Below are positions 1 through 6,666 of a stretch of DNA of 15,562 nt, one piece after another. The stretch is taken from positions 1-15,562 of the forward strand of contig JAZLIA010000047.1 of NCBI GenBank assembly GCA_045617125.1. The letters are read 5' to 3'. The position numbers and the translations under genes are program-made. The DNA comes from Clostridia bacterium (GTDB taxonomy: Bacteria > Bacillota > Clostridia > Christensenellales > Aristaeellaceae). Within the stretch, counting starts at the first letter, position 1. Each line of letters opens with the position of its first letter. The notes beneath the pieces were generated by a model. That model searched no databases. It was not told where the DNA came from and worked only from the letters and a program-made list of their open reading frames with translations.

Positions 1-278
1 GCAAACACGCCGACAATATCCTTATCGGTTATATCCCGTTCAAGGTGGGTGCGGTTATCGCCGCAAATAACATAGCCGGATTTAGTTACCTGAACAATGC
101 GGTGCATTGTATAGTGTCCGTCCCGTCTATATACGGGAATATCATATTTTTTAAGCGGAAACACAGGCTTTCGTACCACAATTTTATCGCCCGTTTTAAT
201 CATAGGAGCCATACTGTTGCCCTCTGTGGTAGTCATATAAAAGCCGTGTTCTGCAAGGCATTTTTCTATTCCTTTCAC
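1..278 (-). CDS. S24/S26-family serine peptidase (SipW/Sec11-like motif set). Partial: the 3' end lies beyond the left window edge.
   Basis: The minus-strand frame is open from 278 to position 1. Translation: VKGIEKCLAEHGFYMTTTEGNSMAPMIKTGDKIVVRKPVFPLKKYDIPVYRRDGHYTMHRIVQVTKSGYVICGDNRTHLERDITDKDIVGVF. It shows the GNSMAP nucleophile-Ser box plus HRIV and GDNR boxes, as in S26B/SipW-type and S24 peptidases. GTG at 278 overlaps the upstream TGA (GTGA), and ATG at 236 is an alternative start. The + strand track ORF 45..341 is its antisense shadow. Confidence 0.75.
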   Translation of the reverse strand, partial: MKGIEKCLAEHGFYMTTTEGNSMAPMIKTGDKIVVRKPVFPLKKYDIPVYRRDGHYTMHRIVQVTKSGYVICGDNRTHLERDITDKDIVGVF

Positions 279-976
279 CCGATAATCACCTCATACGCCG
301 TTTTTGCGGCTGACAAGTCCATATTGCACCTTATCACATAAAATTCCGCCGTTTTTAAGAGCATATCCGCCATTTTCAAAGTTTGTATCATATATTTTCC
401 GTTATCGGTATAGATATACGAAAACAGCTTTGTCAAGGCTTCGCTTGCCGTTATTTTAATACATTTAATACATTCGTTTTTCTCGCTCCGTTCTATAAAG
501 CATATTTTTTTAAGGGGAGTACACTTGTTTGTCTGCTCGCCCTCTTTACCTGCCCACGGCGTACCGTAGGCATAAGCCTGACCGCCCGAAAAACGCACAA
601 GCGGTTTATCGCCGTTAATGACGGTTAGTTTATCTTTCAAAAGCTCTTTCCAAAGTGAAGCGTGAGTTGACTTGCCGACACCGCTTTTTGCAAAAAAGCC
701 TATGCCTGTATTATCCGTTTCAAGTATAACACCGTGCATTAAAAAGCCGTCATATTCAAACATCTTCACGGCGATTTTGCGATATATTGCAAGGCTTTCG
801 AGATAACCGTTCGGATAGCTTGCGGTCTGTTCCGCCGCAATTTCATCATCTGTCGCTTCGATTACAAGCTCCGGTGCTAAAACAGCCGGGACAATATAAT
901 CCCGGCACATAAGCTCAACATATTCATATTTATTTTTTATGCAGACATTCAAATCCGCTATTCTTATATAAAACAT
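275..976 (-). CDS. HprK-related P-loop kinase (HPr kinase C-terminal-domain-like), RiPP-associated
   Basis: Track ORF 275..994. I prefer ATG at 976 (MFYIRIADL...), which sits 1 nt after the PqqD stop codon (978-980). P-loop FFAKSGVGKSTHASLW. The roughly 230-aa size and the position beside a PqqD protein match the HprK-like kinases seen in RiPP clusters (lasso kinase type, SynChlorMet ScmC type). Confidence 0.8.
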   Translation of the reverse strand: MFYIRIADLNVCIKNKYEYVELMCRDYIVPAVLAPELVIEATDDEIAAEQTASYPNGYLESLAIYRKIAVKMFEYDGFLMHGVILETDNTGIGFFAKSGVGKSTHASLWKELLKDKLTVINGDKPLVRFSGGQAYAYGTPWAGKEGEQTNKCTPLKKICFIERSEKNECIKCIKITASEALTKLFSYIYTDNGKYMIQTLKMADMLLKTAEFYVIRCNMDLSAAKTAYEVIIG

Positions 977-977
977 A

Positions 978-1235
978 TTATTCTTCCAGTGCACCGATCT
1001 TTTTCAATACTTCAATCGTACTGTCAACCGAATTCTCAAGCTCGTCCCGCTTGGCGTCATATTCCTTTGCCAACGTATCAATAACATTTTCTTTTGTTGT
1101 TTCTTCCTGCAAGCATTCAATAATAAATTTTGCGGTATCGTTGATACGCACAACGCCGCTGAAAGCTCCATTCGTTGGAACAAGCAAAGCTTCATCCGCA
1201 ATTTGCGATATAATAAAACCGTCTTTGATTTTCAT
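978..1235 (-). CDS. PqqD-family protein (stand-alone RiPP recognition element / peptide chaperone)
   Basis: 85-aa ORF MKIKDGFIISQIADEALLVPTNG...VRINDTAKFIIECLQEETTKENVIDTLAKEYDAKRDELENSVDSTIEVLKKIGALEE. This is the typical PqqD/RRE length and pattern. AAGGAGG lies upstream (12-nt spacing) and the gene is tightly packed with its neighbours. Confidence 0.85.
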   Translation of the reverse strand: MKIKDGFIISQIADEALLVPTNGAFSGVVRINDTAKFIIECLQEETTKENVIDTLAKEYDAKRDELENSVDSTIEVLKKIGALEE

Positions 1236-1272
1236 AAGACAATATAACCTCCTTATTTTAATAGGATTAACA

Positions 1273-1299
1273 CAGCGGCGGTCGAAACGACCGCCACTG
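1273..1299 (-). promoter_or_regulatory. GC-rich intercistronic hairpin immediately 3' of the precursor ORF (partial terminator / mRNA-stabilising element)
   Basis: Minus-strand RNA reads CAGUGGCGGUCG-UUU-CGACCGCCGCUG: a 12-bp stem with one G.U pair and a 3-nt loop. It starts 14 nt after the precursor TAA. The following sequence UGUUAAUCCUAUU is only a weak U-tract, and the PqqD SD follows. Confidence 0.5.
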
Positions 1300-1313
1300 C
1301 GTAGATGGTGAGT

Positions 1314-1469
1314 TTACACGAATCCAGGATTGCAAGTCTGTTCTATTCCTGCGCATGAATCTTCAGTACCGCCACCAGTCGTGTCCCAAGTACATGTTCC
1401 GCTTGTTACGATAACATCCTGAGCATTGAACTCAACGACTTCCAATTTTGCCGGTTCAAATTTTTTCAC
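1314..1469 (-). CDS. RiPP precursor peptide, 51 aa (not in the supplied ORF track)
   Basis: GAAGGAGGTG-AAGATT-GTG: the SD lies 8 nt upstream of GTG at 1469, and TAA is at 1316-1314. Translation: MKKFEPAKLEVVEFNAQDVIVTSGTCTWDTTGGGTEDSCAGIEQTCNPGFV. It lies between the radical SAM and PqqD genes on the same strand. The N-terminal half is leader-like and the C-terminal half is rich in Cys, Thr, Gly and acidic residues. Confidence 0.75.
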   Translation of the reverse strand: MKKFEPAKLEVVEFNAQDVIVTSGTCTWDTTGGGTEDSCAGIEQTCNPGFV

Positions 1470-1520
1470 AATCTTCACCTCCTTCTGCAAAAATTTTATG
1501 ATAAACTGTTTTCGCAGTTA

Positions 1521-2849
1521 TCAACAGTTATCTTCGTCCGTTTTTTCTTCAGACGATTCCGTGGGATATAATGTATTTTTCATTTTCCCTTTTACTCCGG
1601 ACAATAGATTTTTACGAATATAATCTGTGCAATTTGACGCAGTATCACATCTTTTGAGGCGTATACATTCCGGATAATAAAAGCAGTCAGTGCATACTTC
1701 CTCCGGCGGAAAACATTCCTTAAACGATTTTCGCTCTTTTGCATCGACAAGGTTGTCCCAAATATCTCCGATATAATCAGAATCGGTATAATGCTCGCAA
1801 GCACCGAGTTTTCCATTCGGCAAGACCGTTACGGAGGTATCGCTGTCCGCCTGACAGCGATTCAATCTCAAACGATTGGACACATAGTTTTTAGACTGCA
1901 GGCAATACCTTTGAATCAGTTCGTCCAAAGCTTTCGATTTTTCATAAACTTCGGCGTATTCCTTATCCGATTTTTCCATAATCTGATAAATCAGCATGGA
2001 ATATACCCTTAAATATTTGTTTGTGCCGAAACGCCGGTAAAGCTGATGAACAAGCGCAATAAGGTCATCGGCGTTGACCGTACTGACATTCAAACGAATT
2101 TGAACATATATTTCATTTTCAAGACACTTTTTGATGTTTCCAAGCACAGTTTCAAACGGATTTGTATCATCATAAATATAATTTTTTGTTTGATTATATA
2201 TTTTTTCCGTTCCGTCCAGCGTAATCTGCACCATTTGCAGATTCCACATTTTTTTTGCTCTGCTGATGATCTCATCATCAAGAAGATAACCGTTTGTAGT
2301 CATATGAGAAGTGAAAGTTATATTTTTCTCTTTTAGCGCTTTTGAAATAATGTCTATCGCTTTTGTATTATATAATGGTTCGCCGCCGAACCAAGCTAAA
2401 TTTACAGGTTTTCCGCCGCAATGCTCCGCAATAAACTCCGCGGTTTTCAGTGCCGTTTCCTCGTTCATCGGATAACGCTTTGCATCTTTTTCAAAGCAAT
2501 AAAAACATCTCGCATTGCAATCTGTGGTCGTGAAGATAGTATAGCTTGTGATATGCTCCGATTTCTTCTGCATAGCACGCAAGGTAAACCGAATTTGGTC
2601 AACAAGCTTCATATCGTTTGTTTCCTCCGGCACGATGAACCATTTTTCATAAAGCTCCGGCAAATCAAACAAACGGGAATATTCCTCTTTGGAAAGGAGC
2701 ATCATTTCCCGCGTGAGGGTATGGAAAAGCAACACGTCGTCCTCTGCCGCTTCGGATACGACATAATGCATCAGGCGATAGTTTTCGCCCGTTTTCGCTT
2801 TCCCGAGAAGTTTAATAACATTATCCGCTGCGGGAATAATCGTCTTCAT
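1521..2849 (-). CDS. Radical SAM / SPASM-domain peptide maturase
   Basis: 442-aa ORF. CNARCFYC (C111/C115/C118) is the CxxxCxxC motif and follows a roughly 110-aa N-terminal extension. WFGGEPLYN is the SAM-binding GGE motif. The C-terminal region is Cys-rich and resembles an auxiliary-cluster (SPASM/twitch-like) domain: CQADSD...GACEH...CTDCFYYPECIRLKRC...C. Confidence 0.92.
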   Translation of the reverse strand: MKTIIPAADNVIKLLGKAKTGENYRLMHYVVSEAAEDDVLLFHTLTREMMLLSKEEYSRLFDLPELYEKWFIVPEETNDMKLVDQIRFTLRAMQKKSEHITSYTIFTTTDCNARCFYCFEKDAKRYPMNEETALKTAEFIAEHCGGKPVNLAWFGGEPLYNTKAIDIISKALKEKNITFTSHMTTNGYLLDDEIISRAKKMWNLQMVQITLDGTEKIYNQTKNYIYDDTNPFETVLGNIKKCLENEIYVQIRLNVSTVNADDLIALVHQLYRRFGTNKYLRVYSMLIYQIMEKSDKEYAEVYEKSKALDELIQRYCLQSKNYVSNRLRLNRCQADSDTSVTVLPNGKLGACEHYTDSDYIGDIWDNLVDAKERKSFKECFPPEEVCTDCFYYPECIRLKRCDTASNCTDYIRKNLLSGVKGKMKNTLYPTESSEEKTDEDNC

Positions 2850-2907
2850 AGATTTTGTCCCTTTCCGTTCCCTATAAATAGGACCGCAACAACGCTTGAT
2901 TTTAAAC

Positions 2908-2970
2908 GTAAAAAAGAGACCATTCTATTCTTGGACACAGTTCGACTGTGCGGATAAATAAAATCGTCTC

Positions 2971-2973
<3 letters not shown>
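2908..2973 (-). terminator. Long imperfect hairpin plus U-tract in the leader of the RiPP operon (candidate intrinsic terminator / attenuator)
   Basis: On the minus strand, AAGAGAC (2972-2966) pairs perfectly with GUCUCUU (2920-2914). The stem extends through AUUUUAUUU/GAAUAGAAU (with G.U pairs) and is capped by CACAGU-CGA-ACUGUG (2950-2936). It is followed by UUUUACGUUU. The 5' arm overlaps the TAA of the small repeat-containing ORF. Confidence 0.4.
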
Positions 2974-3144
<171 letters not shown>

Positions 3145-3199
3145 GTTAGGAGTGACCCGAAAAAGGGTACACTTACCCCGCAATATAAATACATGATTT

Positions 3200-3228
3200 A
3201 TTATAGCACATCGTCTCGCAAAAGCCAA
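3200..3228 (-). promoter_or_regulatory. Sigma-A-type promoter facing the RiPP operon
   Basis: Minus strand: TTGGCT (3228-3223), 17 nt, TGC-TATAAT (-10 at 3205-3200, with an extended TGn). The predicted TSS is near 3192, giving a roughly 340-nt leader before the maturase ATG. Confidence 0.5.
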
Positions 3229-3282
3229 GACTTTTTGTAAATTTTATATTACACATTGTGACACTTCTGTAACTTTTTGCTC

Positions 3283-3531
3283 TTACATCAGAAAGTCCGG
3301 CATAAACAGTTCGTGATTATTATAATATACTTGTTGTGCTTCCCGCCGGATGCTTTCGTTGTCGCACTGCAGCAGAGCCTCAAACAAATAGGTCTGCTCA
3401 TCTATTTCTATAAGATACTTCGTTCGGTTTGTCTTCAAATAGGTTGCGGCCTCTCTGGTAAATCCGTTTTTCTGAAGCCATATTATCAGCGGGTCAGTCG
3501 TACCATATTCGACAAACTCATTTTTCTTCAA
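3283..3531 (-). CDS. Hypothetical protein, 82 codons, possibly a 5'-truncated remnant
   Basis: AT-rich ORF KKNEFVEYGTTDPLIIWLQKNGFTREAATYLKTNRTKYLIEIDEQTYLFEALLQCDNESIRREAQQVYYNNHELFMPDFLM. The only available start is TTG at 3531, it has no SD, and it lies exactly at the composition break. I recognise no family. Confidence 0.45.
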   Translation of the reverse strand: MKKNEFVEYGTTDPLIIWLQKNGFTREAATYLKTNRTKYLIEIDEQTYLFEALLQCDNESIRREAQQVYYNNHELFMPDFLM

Positions 3532-4073
3532 TTCTGCGCGATGCCGGGGAATTGCTTTCGCATGGGGCTGACGGCCTTGTGTTTGGGTTTCTTTTTAGCG
3601 ACGGCACAGTGAACGAGGAACGGGTGAAGCGCCTTGTGGAGCTTGCGGGAGAAAGGGACACGGTGTTCAGCCGGGCGATCGATGTGACACCGGATTGGAA
3701 ACATGCCCTGGATGCCCTGATCCGAAACGGAGTAAAGCGGGTGCTTACAAGCGGGCAGAGAAGGGATGCTTTTTCGGGAAGAAACGTGATACGTGAGATG
3801 ATCGCTTTTGCCGGAAACAGCATCCGCATTCTGCCGGGATGCGGGATAAGGGAAGAAAACGTGCGTGAATTGATCAGCGCCACCGGGGCGCGGGAAATCC
3901 ACCTGAGCGGGAAGCACATCGGGGTTGCTGATTTTTCCGCCTGCTCAAATCCCGAGGTGCGCTTTGGTCTTCCCGGAATTAAGGAGGACCGGTATGACGT
4001 GATCGACCCGGAATATTTTGTTCGGGTGCGTGCCCGAGCGGAAGGAATGGAGGAAACAGCGTGTTTCGATTGA
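3531..4073 (+). pseudogene. cutC: cutC (CutC-family protein) lacking its N-terminal ~85-90 residues
   Basis: In-frame translation from 3531: ILRDAGELLSHGADGLVFGFLFSDGTVNEERVKRLVELAGERDTVFSRAIDV...RVLTSGQRRDAF... This matches the central and C-terminal part of CutC; from memory E. coli CutC reads ...[28 protein letters not shown]...FHRAFDM...LTSGQKSDAL. The track ORF starts at TTG 3552. The in-frame codons upstream are AT-rich and unrelated. Confidence 0.7.
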
Positions 4074-4990
4074 TCGGTACATGGCGCATGAGCCTGGAGG
4101 GCATCCGGGAGGCTGCCGGGATGCTTTTGAAGGGCGGAAAGGCGGATGACGCGGTGACCTACGCGGTAAGACGCGTGGAGGATGAGCCTGGCTTCACTTC
4201 AGTGGGCTATGGCGGGCTGCCCGCCCGGGACGGGCATGTTTACTGCGATGCCTCGTTTATGGATGGCGAAAGCCTGCGGTTGGGCGCGATCCTTTCGGCG
4301 GAAGGAATACGCAACCCGGTGGATGCGGCGCGGCTCCTATGCGGAAGAAGCACCAACTGTGTGCTGGCTGGGAGGGGAGCGGAGCAGTTTGCGATCAACA
4401 GCGGCCTTCCCATGCGGGATATGCACACAGAACAGAGCCTGCAGCGCTGGCAGGAGGAAGCATCCCTGATGAAAAACACGTCTCCGCTTCAGGCCTACCG
4501 CGGTCATGACACCGTGTGCGTGCTGGGAATGGATGCTTCGGGCCGCATGGTGAGCGCCGCTTCCACCTCCGGCCTGTTCATGAAGGAGCCCGGCAGGGTG
4601 GGGGATTCGCCCCTTGTTGGTTCGGGCTTTTACTGTGATGCCCGCTACGGCGCGGCGGCTGCGACGGGCCTGGGTGAAGATATCATGCGTTCCTGTCTTT
4701 CCTTTTCCATCGTTTCCGATATGCGCAGGGGAATGAGCCCTGCCCTTGCCTGTGCCCGGGCGGTGAATGAACTGAAACGGGACAAGGAGGAAAGGGGCGA
4801 ATATGACAGCTCCTTCAGCGTGATCGCTCTTGCCCCGGACGGCTCCTTCGGGGCTGCCACCACGCTTCCTGTGTTTCCCTTTGCCCTGGCGACAGAGCAG
4901 GGCACCTGGCTTTTTGGCTGCCGTCCGCAGGAGGACGGGAGCATGAAGCTGCTGCCTGAAACGGAAAATGCCCTGGAAGGGGAACCCTGA
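4061..4990 (+). CDS. Ntn-hydrolase of the asparaginase-2 family (glycosylasparaginase / isoaspartyl peptidase-like)
   Basis: 309 aa. It has the N-terminal IGTW motif, the autoprocessing motif GHDTVCVLGMD, and GRVGDSPLVGSGFYCD...GAAAATGLGEDIMR. GTG at 4061 overlaps the cutC stop codon. Confidence 0.88.
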   Translation: MFRLIGTWRMSLEGIREAAGMLLKGGKADDAVTYAVRRVEDEPGFTSVGYGGLPARDGHVYCDASFMDGESLRLGAILSAEGIRNPVDAARLLCGRSTNCVLAGRGAEQFAINSGLPMRDMHTEQSLQRWQEEASLMKNTSPLQAYRGHDTVCVLGMDASGRMVSAASTSGLFMKEPGRVGDSPLVGSGFYCDARYGAAAATGLGEDIMRSCLSFSIVSDMRRGMSPALACARAVNELKRDKEERGEYDSSFSVIALAPDGSFGAATTLPVFPFALATEQGTWLFGCRPQEDGSMKLLPETENALEGEP

Positions 4991-5084
4991 CGTGGAGGGG
5001 AAACCTTGTTTCCCCAAAAAAAGAAAAGACGGGAGGAGCTGCGTATGCTTTCCTTCCCGCATGAAATATTCGTTTGATCGTTCT

Positions 5085-5759
5085 TCATTTTTCAGCGCGG
5101 CACATTTCCTGCCGCGCTCTTTCCTTTTCAAGCCGTTCCCGGGCTTCTCTGGAAAAACGGCATCCGCAGTAGGGCTGGCGGTAAAGGTGATATTCCCTGC
5201 TGAGCTGAATGGAACGAAGATACCCGTTTTTCTTTTTGAAATCGCTGGTAAGATACTTTACGCCGTATTCCTCCTCAAGAAGGCTTCCTATGGCGTTCAG
5301 CTTTGCCGCGTTTTTGTAGGGGCTTACGGAAAGACTGGTGCAGAAGTAATCATATCCGCCTTCCTTTGCAGCCTGTGCGGCATCGCGCAAACGAAGCTCA
5401 TAGCATTTTTCGCACCGCGCACCGCCCTCGGGCAGCTGTTCCAGGCCTGAAGCGATTTGCAGGAAGGGGGCTTCATCCCATTCGGGAATTTCGGCTTTCA
5501 CAGCCTTTGCTGTTTGAAACTCCTTCAGGAGACGCAGCAGCTCCTCTGCTCGGTAGTCATATTCCTCCTTGGGGGAAATGTTGGGGTTGTAGTAGCGCAC
5601 CGTGATGTCAAAATAGGGGCACAGCCTTTCCAGCACCGCGCTGGAACAGGGAGCACAGCACACATGCAAAAGCAGCCGGAGGCGGGAGGAAAGGGATAAA
5701 AGTACCTGGTCCAGTTCATCCTGTTTCATCTTTGTACGCTTTCGTATTCGTTCAGTCAT
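5085..5759 (-). CDS. queH: Epoxyqueuosine reductase QueH (DUF208)
   Basis: LLLHVCCAPCS, YNPNISPKEEY, GGARCEKCYELRL, TSLSVSPYKN and YRQPYCGC are the hallmark QueH Cys motifs. ATG at 5759 overlaps the upstream gene stop by 8 nt (the track start at 5765 is TTG). ATG at 5729 is an alternative start. Confidence 0.88.
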   Translation of the reverse strand: MTERIRKRTKMKQDELDQVLLSLSSRLRLLLHVCCAPCSSAVLERLCPYFDITVRYYNPNISPKEEYDYRAEELLRLLKEFQTAKAVKAEIPEWDEAPFLQIASGLEQLPEGGARCEKCYELRLRDAAQAAKEGGYDYFCTSLSVSPYKNAAKLNAIGSLLEEEYGVKYLTSDFKKKNGYLRSIQLSREYHLYRQPYCGCRFSREARERLEKERARQEMCRAEK

Positions 5760-6657
5760 TTTCAAGCCTGTGCAGGACCGAGCGGGAAATTTTGGAAAGG
5801 TTTTCCGCGCAGGTCATGCTCATGGTGTAGCGAAGGTCCCGGGTGATTTCGTTTATTTTCCCGGTCACCCCCGCGGCTCCCTTTTCGCGGAGGGGCTGCA
5901 TCAGGGGCCTTCCAACACAGCAGGCGGCGGCTCCAAACGCCATGCAGCGGTAGATATCCTGGCCGTTTTGCAGGCTGCAATCCACAAACACGGGCAGGGT
6001 GCCGCCCACGGTTTTTACGATCTCAGGCAGCATGTAAAGGGGAGGAACGGTACAATCCATGCGCCCGTTGTGGTGGCTTACCACGATCCCGCCGGCTCCT
6101 GCCCGAACACACTGCGCGGCATCCTCCGTGGAAAGCACGCCTTTTACAATAAAGGGCAAGTGGGTGGAGGCACAAAGGTCGCGCAATTCTTTCAGGGTGA
6201 TCGGAGAGATCTCCATTTCATCCACCCGGTCATACACGCTTTCCCGGTTGAAGGCATGGTCGATATCGATGCCCACGGCCAGGGCACCATGCTGCTCCGC
6301 ATGGCGGATGCGGGCATAAATGCTTTCGCGGTCCCGGTAGGTCTTGATGATCTTGATCACCTGTGCGCCGGTGTCCAGCATGCGCGCCAGCTCGTCAGGC
6401 TTTCCCATTCCACTGAAGCATACGGCTCCGGCATCCCGGGCCCCCTGAGCGTATTCGGTCATGCCGTCCCGCCCCGCATCCAGAGAACAGAAGCGGTTGA
6501 GATGGGAGAGGGCCCCGGTCATGACCGGGGTGGAAAAGTGATGGCCGAACAGGTCCATTCCCGTGTCCGCGGCAGTGGAGCCGATGTGCCTTACTTCAAA
6601 AAGCCAGCTGTCGAGATAGCGGCGGTTGATCTGATCGGAACTGATCATTCTTTCCAT
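5752..6657 (-). CDS. FMN-dependent alpha-hydroxy-acid dehydrogenase/oxidase-family protein (short form)
   Basis: 301 aa. PFIVKGVLSTEDA...GAGGIVVSHHNGRMD corresponds to the family VKG...GI.VSNHGGRQ.D active-site region. An SD (GAGG) precedes ATG 6657. Confidence 0.75.
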   Translation of the reverse strand: MERMISSDQINRRYLDSWLFEVRHIGSTAADTGMDLFGHHFSTPVMTGALSHLNRFCSLDAGRDGMTEYAQGARDAGAVCFSGMGKPDELARMLDTGAQVIKIIKTYRDRESIYARIRHAEQHGALAVGIDIDHAFNRESVYDRVDEMEISPITLKELRDLCASTHLPFIVKGVLSTEDAAQCVRAGAGGIVVSHHNGRMDCTVPPLYMLPEIVKTVGGTLPVFVDCSLQNGQDIYRCMAFGAAACCVGRPLMQPLREKGAAGVTGKINEITRDLRYTMSMTCAENLSKISRSVLHRLEND

Positions 6658-6666
6658 ATTAATACC

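Noticed and set aside
45-341. The + strand 98-aa ORF at the left edge, and the + strand ORFs 383..628, 1051..1311, 1426..1623, 1791..2012, 2046..2336 and 2421..2957.
   Set aside because: All are shadows of the minus-strand RiPP operon genes, which carry clear family motifs.
1314-1469. Reading the precursor as a canonical lasso peptide. It has Thr at -2 if the core starts at G24, and PqqD and kinase neighbours as in paeninodin-type clusters.
   Set aside because: With G24 as residue 1, the first acidic residue is at position 6 and the next at 13. No Asp/Glu occupies positions 7-9 as needed for known macrolactam rings. No Asn-synthetase-like cyclase or transglutaminase-like B2 protease is in the window, and a radical SAM maturase is present instead. 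A cyclase beyond the left edge cannot be excluded.
3160-3179. A short hairpin GGGUA-AGUG-UACCC followed by UUUUU on the minus strand, 20-45 nt downstream of the predicted -10 box.
   Set aside because: The stem is only 5-6 bp. Its position after the promoter conflicts with a role as terminator of the 82-codon ORF. If it were real it would also weaken the promoter call. It is left unresolved rather than annotated.
4997-5015. The hairpin GGGGAAA-CCTTG-TTTCCCC between the convergent asparaginase-family gene and queH, as a bidirectional terminator.
   Set aside because: It is followed by an A-run on the + strand and preceded by the U-run on the minus strand, so neither orientation gives a stem followed by a U-tract. 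It may still contribute to termination, but the sequence alone does not support the call.
5752-6657. The FMN-dependent dehydrogenase-family protein is short (301 aa). It carries SHHNGRM where the family motif is SNHGGRQ.
   Set aside because: The catalytic His and Arg positions are retained, and short clostridial members of this family exist. Without an alignment this does not count as an anomaly.
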